Numbered from the stretch's first letter, positions 16,008-25,167 are shown. The stretch is 32,698 nt of DNA from Anaerovoracaceae bacterium (GCA_963629255.1 CAVGIZ010000001.1:1-32698); one strand, 5' to 3'. Notes: generated by a model from the sequence alone, not told the origin. Translations and numbers: made by a program.

Positions 16008-17041
16008 AACACCTCTACATCCACTTCCCCTTCTGCCGCCGCAAATGCACCTATTGCGCCCTGCATTCGCGCGCCGGCACATCCCAAGATGAACGCGACG
16101 CCTACGTCCGTTCCCTCGCCGCGGCACTTCCCTCCTTCAGCCTCTCCCGCCCACTCAAAACCATCTACTTCGGCGGCGGCTCCCCAGCCCTCTGCAACCT
16201 CTCACCACTCCTCTCCTCCCTCCAAAACTACCTCTCGCCCTCAACCGAATTCACCGTCGAACTCCACCCACTCGACGTCACCCCCAACCTCCTCCAAACC
16301 CTATCCGCACAAGGCGTCAACCGCATCTCCATGGGCGTCCAATCCCTCGACGACGACATCCTCTCTCAAATGGGTCGCGGCTATACTTTCTCTTTCGCGG
16401 AGCGCGCCTTCTCCCTCGTCCGGCAACACGTCGAGAACGCGGGCATCGACCTCATCGTCGGCTACCCAGGCGAAACCGCGGCACTTCTCCCTCGCCACGC
16501 TCGCCTCGCCAACTGGGGCCTCACCCACTGCTCCGTCTACTCCCTCATCCTCGAACCCAAATCCATCCTCTCAAACCTCATCGCCCGCGGCAAATCTCCC
16601 GCGCCTCCCGATGACGACACCACCCTCAACCGTATCGCCATCCTCTCCAAATTCCTTCACGAAATCGGCCTCAACCGCTACGAAATCTCCTCCTACGCCC
16701 GCGAAGGATTTGCCGCGAAGCATAACCTCGCCGTCTGGCGCGGCGAAAATTATCTCGGCCTCGGCGACGGCGCTCATGGCCGCATCGGCCTCAAACGCAC
16801 CCAAAACCTCGCCACCCCTCACGCACATATCGAAGAAGTCTCTCCCGACTTCGACCTAAAAGAACGCACCCTCTTCCGCCTTCGTACCACCGATGGACTC
16901 GACACCGCCCTTCATCCCGAATGGAAAAACGCCCTGGACGATGCCGTCCAAACAGGTCTCCTCACATGCGAAGGCTCCATCTACCGCCTCACCTCCCGCG
17001 GCACCGAAGTCTGCGATTCAATCCTTTCGACCCTCATCTAA
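15959..17041 (+). CDS. hemW: Radical SAM heme chaperone HemW / oxygen-independent coproporphyrinogen oxidase-like protein
   Basis: LYIHFPFCRRKCTYC (CxxxCxxC). HemN-like C-terminal domain. The start is ambiguous: ATG 15959 overlaps metK by 49 nt, GTG 15995 by 13 nt. Neither has a good SD. Confidence 0.8.
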   Translation: MGKTQSGQSLEGVVQVEHLYIHFPFCRRKCTYCALHSRAGTSQDERDAYVRSLAAALPSFSLSRPLKTIYFGGGSPALCNLSPLLSSLQNYLSPSTEFTVELHPLDVTPNLLQTLSAQGVNRISMGVQSLDDDILSQMGRGYTFSFAERAFSLVRQHVENAGIDLIVGYPGETAALLPRHARLANWGLTHCSVYSLILEPKSILSNLIARGKSPAPPDDDTTLNRIAILSKFLHEIGLNRYEISSYAREGFAAKHNLAVWRGENYLGLGDGAHGRIGLKRTQNLATPHAHIEEVSPDFDLKERTLFRLRTTDGLDTALHPEWKNALDDAVQTGLLTCEGSIYRLTSRGTEVCDSILSTLI

Positions 17042-17111
17042 TCCCCCTCAGCTGAGGAATTCCTCCTCCTCCATTAGGAACGTTCACCCAAATACACCAT
17101 AACTTTTATAT

Positions 17112-17268
17112 CTACACCCGGTGCAGCTCATGTCTCCACCCGGTGCAGCTTGTGTCTACACCCGGTGCAACTCGTGTCTACACCCGGTCCAGACATGAGT
17201 TACACCCGGTGCAGACATGAGTTACACCCGGTCCAGATATGAGTTACACCCGGTGCAGCACCAAATTT
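17112..17268. repeat. Seven 22-bp tandem repeats (CACCCGGTGCAG + 10 nt) that also form a ~148-nt imperfect palindrome
   Basis: The CACCCGGT core starts at 17115, 17137, 17159, 17181, 17203, 17225 and 17247, an exact 22-nt period. The variable part of units 1-3 (CTCATGTCT-like) is the reverse complement of that in units 4-6 (AGACATGAG). The symmetry centre is at 17185. Confidence 0.9.
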
Positions 17269-17341
17269 CCCCCCTGGAAAACCTAAACTTCCTTCCTGGA
17301 CACCCCAAACGTCCTCCCCTGCCGCACAAAAAGTGCCGCGG

Positions 17342-17470
17342 TCAAGTGGTTTTCTTCTCTTGCTTCTCAGCTTTTTCCGCGGCAGATTTCTTTATCTGCT
17401 CAAGTATCTCGTGGAAGCGTTTCAGCTCGGCTTCGCGCCCGCCGCGGCGTTCATAATCTCCGTCCGCCAT
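17342..17470 (-). CDS. 42-aa highly charged helical sORF downstream of the glycosyltransferase
   Basis: My translation: MADGDYERRGGREAELKRFHEILEQIKKSAAEKAEKQEKKTT. ATG lies 7 nt after the GT2 stop. GAGGCGGAG is immediately upstream. Below the ORF-track size limit. Confidence 0.35.
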   Translation of the reverse strand: MADGDYERRGGREAELKRFHEILEQIKKSAAEKAEKQEKKTT

Positions 17471-17477
17471 CTCCGCC

Positions 17478-18308
17478 TCACTTCTTTCGATTCTTCAAAT
17501 AGACAAATCCCACCAGCACCCGCTCGCACATCACGCCAACAAACAAAATCGGATGACGCAAAATCTTCCGCCACTTCCCCTTCTCAATAAACACGCCCAA
17601 GTAGCGATAATAAAGCGAGAACTGCTTCTTCACCGCGGGATGATTCGGCCACTTCGCCTGATACGCCGCCATCGAATGCGAATAGTACGCCTTCTTCTCA
17701 AGCACGCGCTTCAACGTCAGCTGGCGTTCATTGTGAATCAAATGATGTTCCAGCACTTCACACTTCACCCCCAACGCCAAGATACGAATATCAAGTTCCC
17801 AATCTTCCGGACCCGCAATCAAGTTCTCATCGTACCCGCCCGTCTTCTCCAACACATCCTTCCGAAAAAGACGCAACGCATCAATGCACGTCCCGTTATA
17901 GAAACTCCGCTCAAAGTTCCGCGCCCGAACCCGAAACCCCGTCCCCGTCCGCACTTCAGGAATCCAATACGCCGCCGTCTTCGCCTCAAACCCCGCGGCA
18001 GTTTTTCCCAGAATCTCCTCCACCGTCTCAGGCGGAATAATCATATCCGCATCAATAATCATCGCCCACGGCGCATGCCCCTTCTGCCAACCCAAATTGC
18101 GTTGCGCGCTCCGCTCCGGACCCTTGTCAAAAACTGCCGCGCCCAACTCCGCGGCAATCTTCTTCGTCTCATCCGTGGACGCATTATCAACGACAATGAC
18201 TTCAACCTTCCCTTGTTCACGCACCGCATCAAAAGAATGAATGCAGGCGGCAATATTTGCCGCCTCATTCTTCGTCGTGATGACCACGGTCAGTTGAAGT
18301 CCCGCCAT
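17478..18308 (-). CDS. Family 2 glycosyltransferase
   Basis: 276 aa from ATG 18308 (the ORF-track GTG at 18323 is the alternative). Motifs: VVITTKNEAANI, VVDNASTDET, IIDADM (DxD). Confidence 0.8.
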   Translation of the reverse strand: MAGLQLTVVITTKNEAANIAACIHSFDAVREQGKVEVIVVDNASTDETKKIAAELGAAVFDKGPERSAQRNLGWQKGHAPWAMIIDADMIIPPETVEEILGKTAAGFEAKTAAYWIPEVRTGTGFRVRARNFERSFYNGTCIDALRLFRKDVLEKTGGYDENLIAGPEDWELDIRILALGVKCEVLEHHLIHNERQLTLKRVLEKKAYYSHSMAAYQAKWPNHPAVKKQFSLYYRYLGVFIEKGKWRKILRHPILFVGVMCERVLVGFVYLKNRKK

Positions 18309-18310
18309 CG

Positions 18311-20194
18311 TTAGACTTGCCACTCCTCGACCTTCGCCGTCTGTTCAACTGGCTTGTCGTAGATGTGCTTTTCATCTGGTGGCGGCGCCTTCGGTTCAAG
18401 CGCATGCTCAAACTTCGGCAACTCCCGCTCTGGATAATCGCCTTTCAAATACGCCGTCGCACCCGTCGCCGTGTGGGCCGTCACCGCACCCGTAAGTGCC
18501 GCGGCTGCCGCACGCTCCTCATCCGTCACCGCCTCACGCGCATCCACCGTCGCACGCGCCTCCGAATCCACGCCTTGCAACTTTGTGCCACGCGGCGGAA
18601 GTTCCTTCAAAAGCGGATCATCGTCCTGAATCATCGTGCACTTGAGCGGCTCCTTGATGTATTCCTCAATCTCCGGAATCGCAAACGATTCATCCTCATC
18701 CGCAAAGCTAATCGCAATGCCCGTATGCCCCGCGCGACCCGTCCGCCCAATACGATGGACGTAATCTTCCGCCTCGTATGGGAAGTCAAAGTTGATGACG
18801 TATTCAATGTCGTCAACATGAATGCCGCGGCCCGCCACATCCGTCGCCACAACAATCTTGATCTGCCCATCGCGAAACGCATCCAGCACCATCAAACGCT
18901 TGTTCTGATTCACATCGCCCGACAACATCTCAACGCTAATGCCGCGCACCTTCAGCGATTCATACACATCTTCCGTCGTCGACTTCCGATTGCAAAACAC
19001 AATCGTCCGCGCATCTGGATGAAGCGCAATATGGTTGAAGAGTACCTTGAACTTATCCTGCGAGCGTACAATGTAAACGACCTGCCGCACCGTATCCGTT
19101 GCGTTCGTCTCCGTCGCAACTTCCGCCTTGTACGGCTCCTCCATCCATTGCATCGCAAGCTTCATCACCGTCTCGTTCAGCGTCGCCGAATACAGCATCG
19201 TCGCACGCTTTTCCTTCGGCGGCAAGCGCGACATAATCCGCCGCACATCTGGGATAAAGCCCATATCGAGCATCCGGTCCGCTTCATCAATCACAAGCGT
19301 ATCCACATGCTCCAAATCTATGACGCGCGACTTCACAAAATCGAGCAACCGCCCCGGCGTCGCCACCAGCAAATCCACCGGCGCATCGAGCACCTCGCGC
19401 TTCTGGCGGTCATAATCCATCCCACCATAAATCGCAAGCGACCTCAAAGCGCAATACTTACCAATCGCATCCGCATCCTTGCAAATCTGAATCACTAATT
19501 CGCGCGTCGGCGCAATTACCAAGGCCCGCGGCGTCCCGCCCGTCTTCGCACGGCTCTCCGGCGTCCGCAAATACCGCGTCAAAATCGCAACCAAAAACGC
19601 CGCGGTCTTGCCCGACCCCGTCTGCGCCTTGCCCGCAATGTTCTTCCCCGCCAGCGCCTGCTCCAGCGACAACGCCTGAATCTCCGTACAATACTTGAAA
19701 CCCAAGTCCGCAATGCCATGCATCACTTCGCTCGGCAAATCAAAATCGTGAAAACGCTTCTTACCTTCCAATGGCTCCACCGCAAACGACGCTGGATCCC
19801 ACGCCTCATGCGCCGCCTTCCGCGCCGCCAATTCTGCCGCGCTAATAACACCACCTGGACGCATCTCGTTCGCCGCCGTGTTCACCCTCTCAGGCCCACG
19901 CCGACCACCATTCCGCCGCACCGCACCACTATCCCGCCGCGGACGATTCCCCGCGCCTTGATTCGGCCTGCCATCCTTACGCACAGGCCGCGACGCAGGC
20001 GCACCACCAGCTCCGCCCTTCCCGCGCGGCTGTTCCTTGCGCCCACCATTCCGACCGCCGTTCCCAGAACGCGCCGGTCCCTTCTGTCCTCTCCCCTGAT
20101 TCTTTCCGCCGCGGTCCTTCCCACGCGCAGGTGCCTTCTTCGACTTCCCGCCCGTAAAAACTGCCGCGATCTTCTTCAAAAATCCAAATGCCAT
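18311..20194 (-). CDS. DEAD-box ATP-dependent RNA helicase with Arg/Gly/Lys-rich N-terminal extension
   Basis: 627 aa from ATG 20194 (MAFGFLKKIA). Motifs: AQTGSGKT, VIDEADRMLDMGF, YSATL, HRIGRTGRAG. The first ~130 aa are R/G/K/N/P-rich and low in complexity. Confidence 0.85.
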   Translation of the reverse strand: MAFGFLKKIAAVFTGGKSKKAPARGKDRGGKNQGRGQKGPARSGNGGRNGGRKEQPRGKGGAGGAPASRPVRKDGRPNQGAGNRPRRDSGAVRRNGGRRGPERVNTAANEMRPGGVISAAELAARKAAHEAWDPASFAVEPLEGKKRFHDFDLPSEVMHGIADLGFKYCTEIQALSLEQALAGKNIAGKAQTGSGKTAAFLVAILTRYLRTPESRAKTGGTPRALVIAPTRELVIQICKDADAIGKYCALRSLAIYGGMDYDRQKREVLDAPVDLLVATPGRLLDFVKSRVIDLEHVDTLVIDEADRMLDMGFIPDVRRIMSRLPPKEKRATMLYSATLNETVMKLAMQWMEEPYKAEVATETNATDTVRQVVYIVRSQDKFKVLFNHIALHPDARTIVFCNRKSTTEDVYESLKVRGISVEMLSGDVNQNKRLMVLDAFRDGQIKIVVATDVAGRGIHVDDIEYVINFDFPYEAEDYVHRIGRTGRAGHTGIAISFADEDESFAIPEIEEYIKEPLKCTMIQDDDPLLKELPPRGTKLQGVDSEARATVDAREAVTDEERAAAAALTGAVTAHTATGATAYLKGDYPERELPKFEHALEPKAPPPDEKHIYDKPVEQTAKVEEWQV

Positions 20195-20328
20195 ACTACT
20201 GTCCCAACCTTCGAGAACATAAATAATAACACAAACCTTCGGACCAGGAACCCAATGCCCCAGCGGTCGCGAAGGTAAACCAACATCCCCCACGCCCAGC
20301 CAACGCCAGGCGTGAGAGTGTCCCACGA

Positions 20329-20727
20329 TTAACGCTTCGAGAACTGGAAGCGCTTACGGGCACCAGGCTGACCTGGTTTCTTACGCTCTTTCATGCGGCT
20401 GTCACGCGTCATGCACCCGGCCTTCTTCAAAGCCGCACGCGTCGTCTCATCCGCCTCAACAAGCGCTCGCGCCAAACCGTGACGAATCGCACCAGCCTGA
20501 CCCGAAATACCGCCGCCCTTGGCGAACACCACAACGTCAACCTTCGTCATGTCGTAGCCGCTGATCGCAACCGGTTGCTTCAAGTAATCACGCAACGCCT
20601 CGGACTGAATGTAATCCTCAAGCGCCACACGGTTCACCGTCCACACACCCTTGCCTTCCATCAACGTCACACGCGCCGTCGCCGTCTTCCGACGACCCGT
20701 ACCTGCAGAAATTGCCTTCTTTGCCAT
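20329..20727 (-). CDS. rpsI: 30S ribosomal protein S9
   Basis: 132 aa. Motif GGGISGQAGAIRHGLARAL, C-terminal ...RKRFQFSKR. AGGAGG upstream. Confidence 0.95.
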   Translation of the reverse strand: MAKKAISAGTGRRKTATARVTLMEGKGVWTVNRVALEDYIQSEALRDYLKQPVAISGYDMTKVDVVVFAKGGGISGQAGAIRHGLARALVEADETTRAALKKAGCMTRDSRMKERKKPGQPGARKRFQFSKR

Positions 20728-20741
20728 TTCTAAAATCCTCC

Positions 20742-21173
20742 TTAGAGCTTGATTTCAATCGGCTTCTGCGCCGCGTGAGTATGTTCAGCACCCGCAAACA
20801 CTTTCAGACGCGTCATCATCTTACGCGCAATGTTGTTCTTCGGGAGCATCCCCCAAACCGCTTCCTTAATCATACGGTCAGGATGTTTCGCACGCATCTC
20901 AGCCGCCGTGAAACGCTTCAAACCGTCACGGAAACCGCTGTAACGCTGATATTCCTTCTGCTCTTCCTTCTTGCCCGTGAGCTTAACTTTCGCCGCATTC
21001 GTCACAATCACGAACGCACCAGCATCCACCGACGGATCAAACGTCGGCAAATCCTTCGCACGGAGTTTGTTTGCCACAACGACAGCAAGCCGACCAAGCG
21101 GCTTCTCCGTCGCATCAATGATGTACCACGAGCGATTATCACCCGGGTTCGGAGCACGATAGCTCTTCTGCAT
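20742..21173 (-). CDS. rplM: 50S ribosomal protein L13
   Basis: 143 aa from ATG 21173. MQKSYRAPNPGDNRSWYIIDATEKPLGRLA aligns with the E. coli L13 N-terminus [29 protein letters not shown]. The ORF-track GTG at 21248 would add 25 Lys-rich residues. Confidence 0.9.
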   Translation of the reverse strand: MQKSYRAPNPGDNRSWYIIDATEKPLGRLAVVVANKLRAKDLPTFDPSVDAGAFVIVTNAAKVKLTGKKEEQKEYQRYSGFRDGLKRFTAAEMRAKHPDRMIKEAVWGMLPKNNIARKMMTRLKVFAGAEHTHAAQKPIEIKL

Positions 21174-21304
21174 CTTCTTTTGTTCCTTTTTACTTTCGGA
21201 TTTGTGCCCCTTATCCAGGGTTTTGTCCGCATTACCCGCCACCAGCACCTTTGCCAGCCCGCGAGGGAAACCGGTTTATAGCCCCGATCTCGCACAACGA
21301 GCGC

Positions 21305-21318
21305 ATATTATACCATAT
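21305..21318 (-). promoter_or_regulatory. Extended -10 promoter word for rplM-rpsI
   Basis: The minus strand reads ATATGGTATAATAT. TATAAT at 21312..21307. The leader to ATG 21173 is about 127 nt. Confidence 0.6.
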
Positions 21319-21389
21319 TTCCGTCCATCGCGCAACCCCCTTTTTTCAAAAATTTCAGCCAAATCCCCCGCCCCACCATCAACCCTTGG

Positions 21390-21989
21390 TTAGAAGGCTT
21401 CGTAAAGGTACGCATGGTAGGTGGTCTTGAGCGTAACCATGCGACGGATGGCGCGATTCAAGGTCGCACAATAGAGATTCTTGAAGCGAACCTTGTCGAG
21501 CGGCCATTCAAGTCCAGTCGAGGTCATGCGCGTCTTTGGGTTGGGCGCAAAAATAGAAAGTGCCGCGCCAAGAGGCATTTTGAATCGATTCACTTTGTTC
21601 GGTTCTACGACATGGAAGAATCCAAAGTCCGTCAAAATGGGAATACCGAATTCAAGTGCGCGGAAAATATTGCCAATTGTATGATCTTCGCGTTTGCCAG
21701 TCGCGCCCAAAATCAAAAGATTCGACCACCCTTTCTTCTGGCACACGCGAATCGCCTTCTCGAGATCATTCGTTTCTTGTTCGGGAATGTGGACGACCGC
21801 GGCAAAAGTGCCGCGCAGGGAATCGCAATCGCCGACGGTGAGAGTGGGGTCACGGCGGAATTCTTTACGATAGGCATCCGCGGCAGAATCGCAACAGACA
21901 ACGCGCTTCGCCGCAGCCAATGTTGTATAGACCTTTGTGCCCTTCTTCGGGAAGTCGCCCGCGGCCAAAATAATCGTCGGCGCACGCAT
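21390..21989 (-). CDS. Thiamine pyrophosphokinase
   Basis: 199 aa from ATG 21989, which overlaps the CPBP stop by 1 nt (TAATG). Sequence features: IILAAGDFP, VCCDSAADAY, GDCDS, LILGATGKREDH. Confidence 0.75.
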   Translation of the reverse strand: MRAPTIILAAGDFPKKGTKVYTTLAAAKRVVCCDSAADAYRKEFRRDPTLTVGDCDSLRGTFAAVVHIPEQETNDLEKAIRVCQKKGWSNLLILGATGKREDHTIGNIFRALEFGIPILTDFGFFHVVEPNKVNRFKMPLGAALSIFAPNPKTRMTSTGLEWPLDKVRFKNLYCATLNRAIRRMVTLKTTYHAYLYEAF

Positions 21990-22663
21990 TACCAAAAGCC
22001 CCAATTGCCCGTGTAAATGACGTAAAGCCCAAGCAGGAGATTCGTCACGACGTGGGCCAAAATTGCCGCGGAAAGGCCTTTGCGAATCGCGAGGAAGTTG
22101 TAGGCGGCGCCGGCCAAAATTGCGACCAGAAGGCGATCATGTTCAAGCGCGAAGAGACCCGTTGTCCAAAGGAATGCGGAGAGGTCGAAGGTGCTGAGCG
22201 GTGTCGCGGTCCAGTCGCGCGAAATAAGGCGACGATACAGGAAGGAGCGGAAGAAAAGTTCCTCTGTGGGCGCGATGATAAAGGCGCTGCCAACGAGGCG
22301 GAAGAGCGTCAAGGGCCAACCGCAAAAGTAAGGATCATACGGTGATGAATCCGCGGCACTTTCCGCTCCACCAATCACGAGATAGCGGCGATAGAATTCG
22401 AATTGTTCGGGCGCGACCCAAACGAGACAAACGCCCAGACCAACGAGCATGCCCCAAAGGAAAGTCGAGTACCACTTCATATTGGAACGTGCATCAATGG
22501 CCTTTGGAGAAAGGCGTGGATAAAGAATGAAGAGCGCGACAAACGTCACGAACGTGCGCACAGCATACGACACGGCCGAGGTCGGCAAGGCGAACATCAG
22601 GACCATCCAAAGGAGGTACGGCGCGGTCGCGGCAAATGTATCGAGGCGAATGAACTTCTTCAT
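21989..22663 (-). CDS. CPBP-family intramembrane glutamic endopeptidase (CAAX protease/Abi family)
   Basis: 224 aa, polytopic. Motifs: EELFFRSFLYRR, FALEH, HVVTN. ATGA overlap with the upstream PHP gene. Confidence 0.8.
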   Translation of the reverse strand: MKKFIRLDTFAATAPYLLWMVLMFALPTSAVSYAVRTFVTFVALFILYPRLSPKAIDARSNMKWYSTFLWGMLVGLGVCLVWVAPEQFEFYRRYLVIGGAESAADSSPYDPYFCGWPLTLFRLVGSAFIIAPTEELFFRSFLYRRLISRDWTATPLSTFDLSAFLWTTGLFALEHDRLLVAILAGAAYNFLAIRKGLSAAILAHVVTNLLLGLYVIYTGNWGFW

Positions 22664-23457
22664 AATTGGATTGTGTCGAAGGCGAATGTGAGGGCCGCGG
22701 CAGAATGTGCGTCCGATGAAAGGATGAGTGGGATCGTGGGGAAATCACGACGAATCAGCTCGCGCAAATGTGCCGCGGGATAGGCATCCGTCGTCCAGCC
22801 GCGTGCCATGCCGCCTGTGTTGACTTCAAGAATTTTGTTGGTCGCGGCGAGTGTTTCCAATGTCGCGCGAACTTCATTCAAGTACCACGGTGCCGTCTCA
22901 TCAAAGTAGGGATGCTTCTCATTGAACTTTCGCACGAGGTCGAGATGCCCGAGAATATTGAAGTCGCACGTTTGAATCATCGCACGAATCTCACGAAAGT
23001 AATCCGTGATAAATGCGCGTGCATCGCCTTTATAATGGGCCTCAAGCCCGCTCTTCAATTCTTCGGGCGAGGCATCCACATGCACCCACGCGCCATCGGG
23101 CGCAACGACTTCATGCACAGAACCAATGATGTAATCAACGCCATACTTTCCATAGACGGCCGTGCTGGGCTCCGACGCGCCGGGAATGTAGTCCCCTTCC
23201 ACGCCAACGAGAATGCTAATCTGGTCTTGATACTTCGCTTGAAGGGTCCGCAATTCGTCGATATACCGCGGCAGTTTTTCCGTCGTCAGAACCCAGTCAA
23301 TGTCGTTATACGGAAGCATCGCATGCGACGAAAAGCCGAGCGTGGTAAGGCCTTGCGCAAGGGCCGCTTGAATCATCTCTTCGGGCGTCGACTTCCCATC
23401 GCACCACGTTGAGTGCGTATGCAAATTGAAGCGTCCGAAGATGTTGGCAAGATTCAT
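22660..23457 (-). CDS. PHP-family histidinol-phosphatase-like hydrolase (HisJ family)
   Basis: 265 aa from ATG 23457 (MNLANIFGRFNLHTHSTWCDG). Motifs: GFSSH, GSVHEV, LGHLDL, SSDAH. ATGA overlap with the hydF stop. The ORF-track extension to 23604 lies inside hydF. Confidence 0.8.
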   Translation of the reverse strand: MNLANIFGRFNLHTHSTWCDGKSTPEEMIQAALAQGLTTLGFSSHAMLPYNDIDWVLTTEKLPRYIDELRTLQAKYQDQISILVGVEGDYIPGASEPSTAVYGKYGVDYIIGSVHEVVAPDGAWVHVDASPEELKSGLEAHYKGDARAFITDYFREIRAMIQTCDFNILGHLDLVRKFNEKHPYFDETAPWYLNEVRATLETLAATNKILEVNTGGMARGWTTDAYPAAHLRELIRRDFPTIPLILSSDAHSAAALTFAFDTIQL

Positions 23458-24587
23458 AGTTTGACGATGCACGAGCCAGGTTGGACTTCGATTCCATTCA
23501 GCGTCGCGAGCACCATTCCATAATTGACGATGGGTACGCCCGCTTCGCGGCAAAGCACAATGCGGCGTTGGACTTCGCGCCGCGTCAGCATACACCCGCC
23601 GCATTGAACGACGAGATTGAACGGCCGGCCATCGGGCGCTATGAGAGGGAATGAAGTGCCACTTGTGGGCGTAAGTGCCAAATCGCTCGTCCCCGAAAGT
23701 TTGGCAAGTGCCTTAGGAATTTGCACCATGCCAATATCCTTGCATTGGCGATGATGTGTGCAACCTTCCGCAATCAATACGCGGTCGCCCGAGCGCAACT
23801 TCTTGAGCGCGGCAATTCCTTTTTCGTATTCAGCGAGGTCACCTTTTTGCCGCGCAAACAAAATGGAAAAGGACGTCAGCGGCGTCGTGGGCGAAATCGC
23901 AAGCATCGTCTTTCGCACCGCACCGAACGCTTGCGAATCGGTAACCACAAGCGCGGCAGTTTTGGGGTCGGCCGCCTCCAGCGTATTGGGTTGGCACACC
24001 GTGCAAAACGCGCCCAAGTCAAGGCACTCGCGAATCACTTGTTGTTGCGGTAAAATAAGGCGTCCCTTCGGTGCAGACGAATCAATTGGGCAAACACAAA
24101 TGACGCGATCAAGTGCTTTGACAAGACCGTCCAAAAGCGGTGGCGGCGTCTCGGTCAATTGCAACGCGGCAATGCGTTGTTTCAAGTCCGCGGCACTTTC
24201 TCCGCGGTGAAAGTTGAGTACCGTCGCCTTGCGTGCGCGGCATTCTTCTTCAAATGTTTGATGTGCCTTGGAATCGTCCACGAGCCCCGATGAAACCCAA
24301 ACGGCGACATCCGTCGTTGCCAAAACATCGAGCGTTTTCTTGACGCGCTCTTTGCCAAGCTCGCCCACGTCATCAAGTCCCGCCGTATCCGTAATCAAGC
24401 ACGGCCCGAGTGGAAGGATTTCCATCGCCTTGGAAACGGGGTCGGTCGTCGTGCCCGCAACATCGCTCACAATGGCGAGTTGCTGGCCTGTAAAGGCGTT
24501 GACGAGCGTGGATTTGCCCGCGTTGCGCAAACCAAAAAAGGCAATGTGAATGCGATTGCCGCGCGGCGTTTCATTGAGTTCAGCCAT
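23454..24587 (-). CDS. hydF: [FeFe]-hydrogenase maturation GTPase HydF
   Basis: 377 aa. GTPase motifs: GLRNAGKSTLVNA, VSDVAGTTTDPV, DTAGLDD. C-terminal cluster ligands: EGCTHH ... QCGGC. Confidence 0.75.
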   Translation of the reverse strand: MAELNETPRGNRIHIAFFGLRNAGKSTLVNAFTGQQLAIVSDVAGTTTDPVSKAMEILPLGPCLITDTAGLDDVGELGKERVKKTLDVLATTDVAVWVSSGLVDDSKAHQTFEEECRARKATVLNFHRGESAADLKQRIAALQLTETPPPLLDGLVKALDRVICVCPIDSSAPKGRLILPQQQVIRECLDLGAFCTVCQPNTLEAADPKTAALVVTDSQAFGAVRKTMLAISPTTPLTSFSILFARQKGDLAEYEKGIAALKKLRSGDRVLIAEGCTHHRQCKDIGMVQIPKALAKLSGTSDLALTPTSGTSFPLIAPDGRPFNLVVQCGGCMLTRREVQRRIVLCREAGVPIVNYGMVLATLNGIEVQPGSCIVKL

Positions 24588-25155
24588 TCGTTACACTCCA
24601 TCCATTATACGTGTTCATCGCTTTGTCGGGTCCTTGCGTCAAAATCAATTCCGCCGCGTGCACGGCTTCAGCCACAACGACGTCCATCGTCTTGCGCGTC
24701 GCAGGGTCAAACTTCCCTAAGACATGCGCTACGACATCCGACTTATCTTTGCCGACGCCCAATTTGAGGCGCGTGAACGCCGTCGTGCCAAGCGCCGAAA
24801 TGATGTTGCGAATTCCATTATGCCCGCCGCACGAGCCCGTCTTACGAATGCGCATGCGTCCAACTGGCAAATCAATGTCGTCTTGAATGACGAGCAAATC
24901 TGCCGCGGTCGCGTTGTTGTACTTGACGAGCGGCGCAACCGAATTACCCGAAAGATTCATGTAGGTTTGGGGCTTGGCGAGAATAACGGATTGCCCAGCA
25001 AAAGTGCCGCGCGCCATCAAGCACGAGCATTGTTTCTTTTCTTGCCAAGTCGCGCCCATCGCCGCGGCAATCGCATCCACCGCCTCGAAACCAATCGAGT
25101 GCGGAGTATTCTCATACTGCGCACCCGGATTGCCTAAACCAACGATGACTTTCAT
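24580..25155 (-). CDS. pth: Peptidyl-tRNA hydrolase
   Basis: 191 aa. Motifs: MKVIVGLGNPG, TPHSIGF, GGHNGIRNI. Confidence 0.95.
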   Translation of the reverse strand: MKVIVGLGNPGAQYENTPHSIGFEAVDAIAAAMGATWQEKKQCSCLMARGTFAGQSVILAKPQTYMNLSGNSVAPLVKYNNATAADLLVIQDDIDLPVGRMRIRKTGSCGGHNGIRNIISALGTTAFTRLKLGVGKDKSDVVAHVLGKFDPATRKTMDVVVAEAVHAAELILTQGPDKAMNTYNGWSVTNG

Positions 25156-25167
25156 CGCGTTCAGTCG

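Noticed and set aside
17046-17065. Overlapping 12-nt palindromes CCTCAGCTGAGG and GAGGAATTCCTC just after the hemW stop, as a possible terminator.
   Set aside because: These are loop-less short palindromes with no following T-tract. A role as restriction-type sites or chance occurrence cannot be excluded, and there is no support for termination.
17112-17268. CRISPR array?
   Set aside because: A 22-nt period is too short for repeat plus spacer, and the variable parts are related to each other by inversion. There are no cas genes.
20195-20328. Promoter (TGTTATTAT) and a weak sigma54-like TGGCGT-N5-GGGC in the rpsI-helicase spacer.
   Set aside because: The matches are weak and single-copy. The helicase may simply be co-transcribed with rplM-rpsI. 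I mention it only because two TGGGAC copies occur here.
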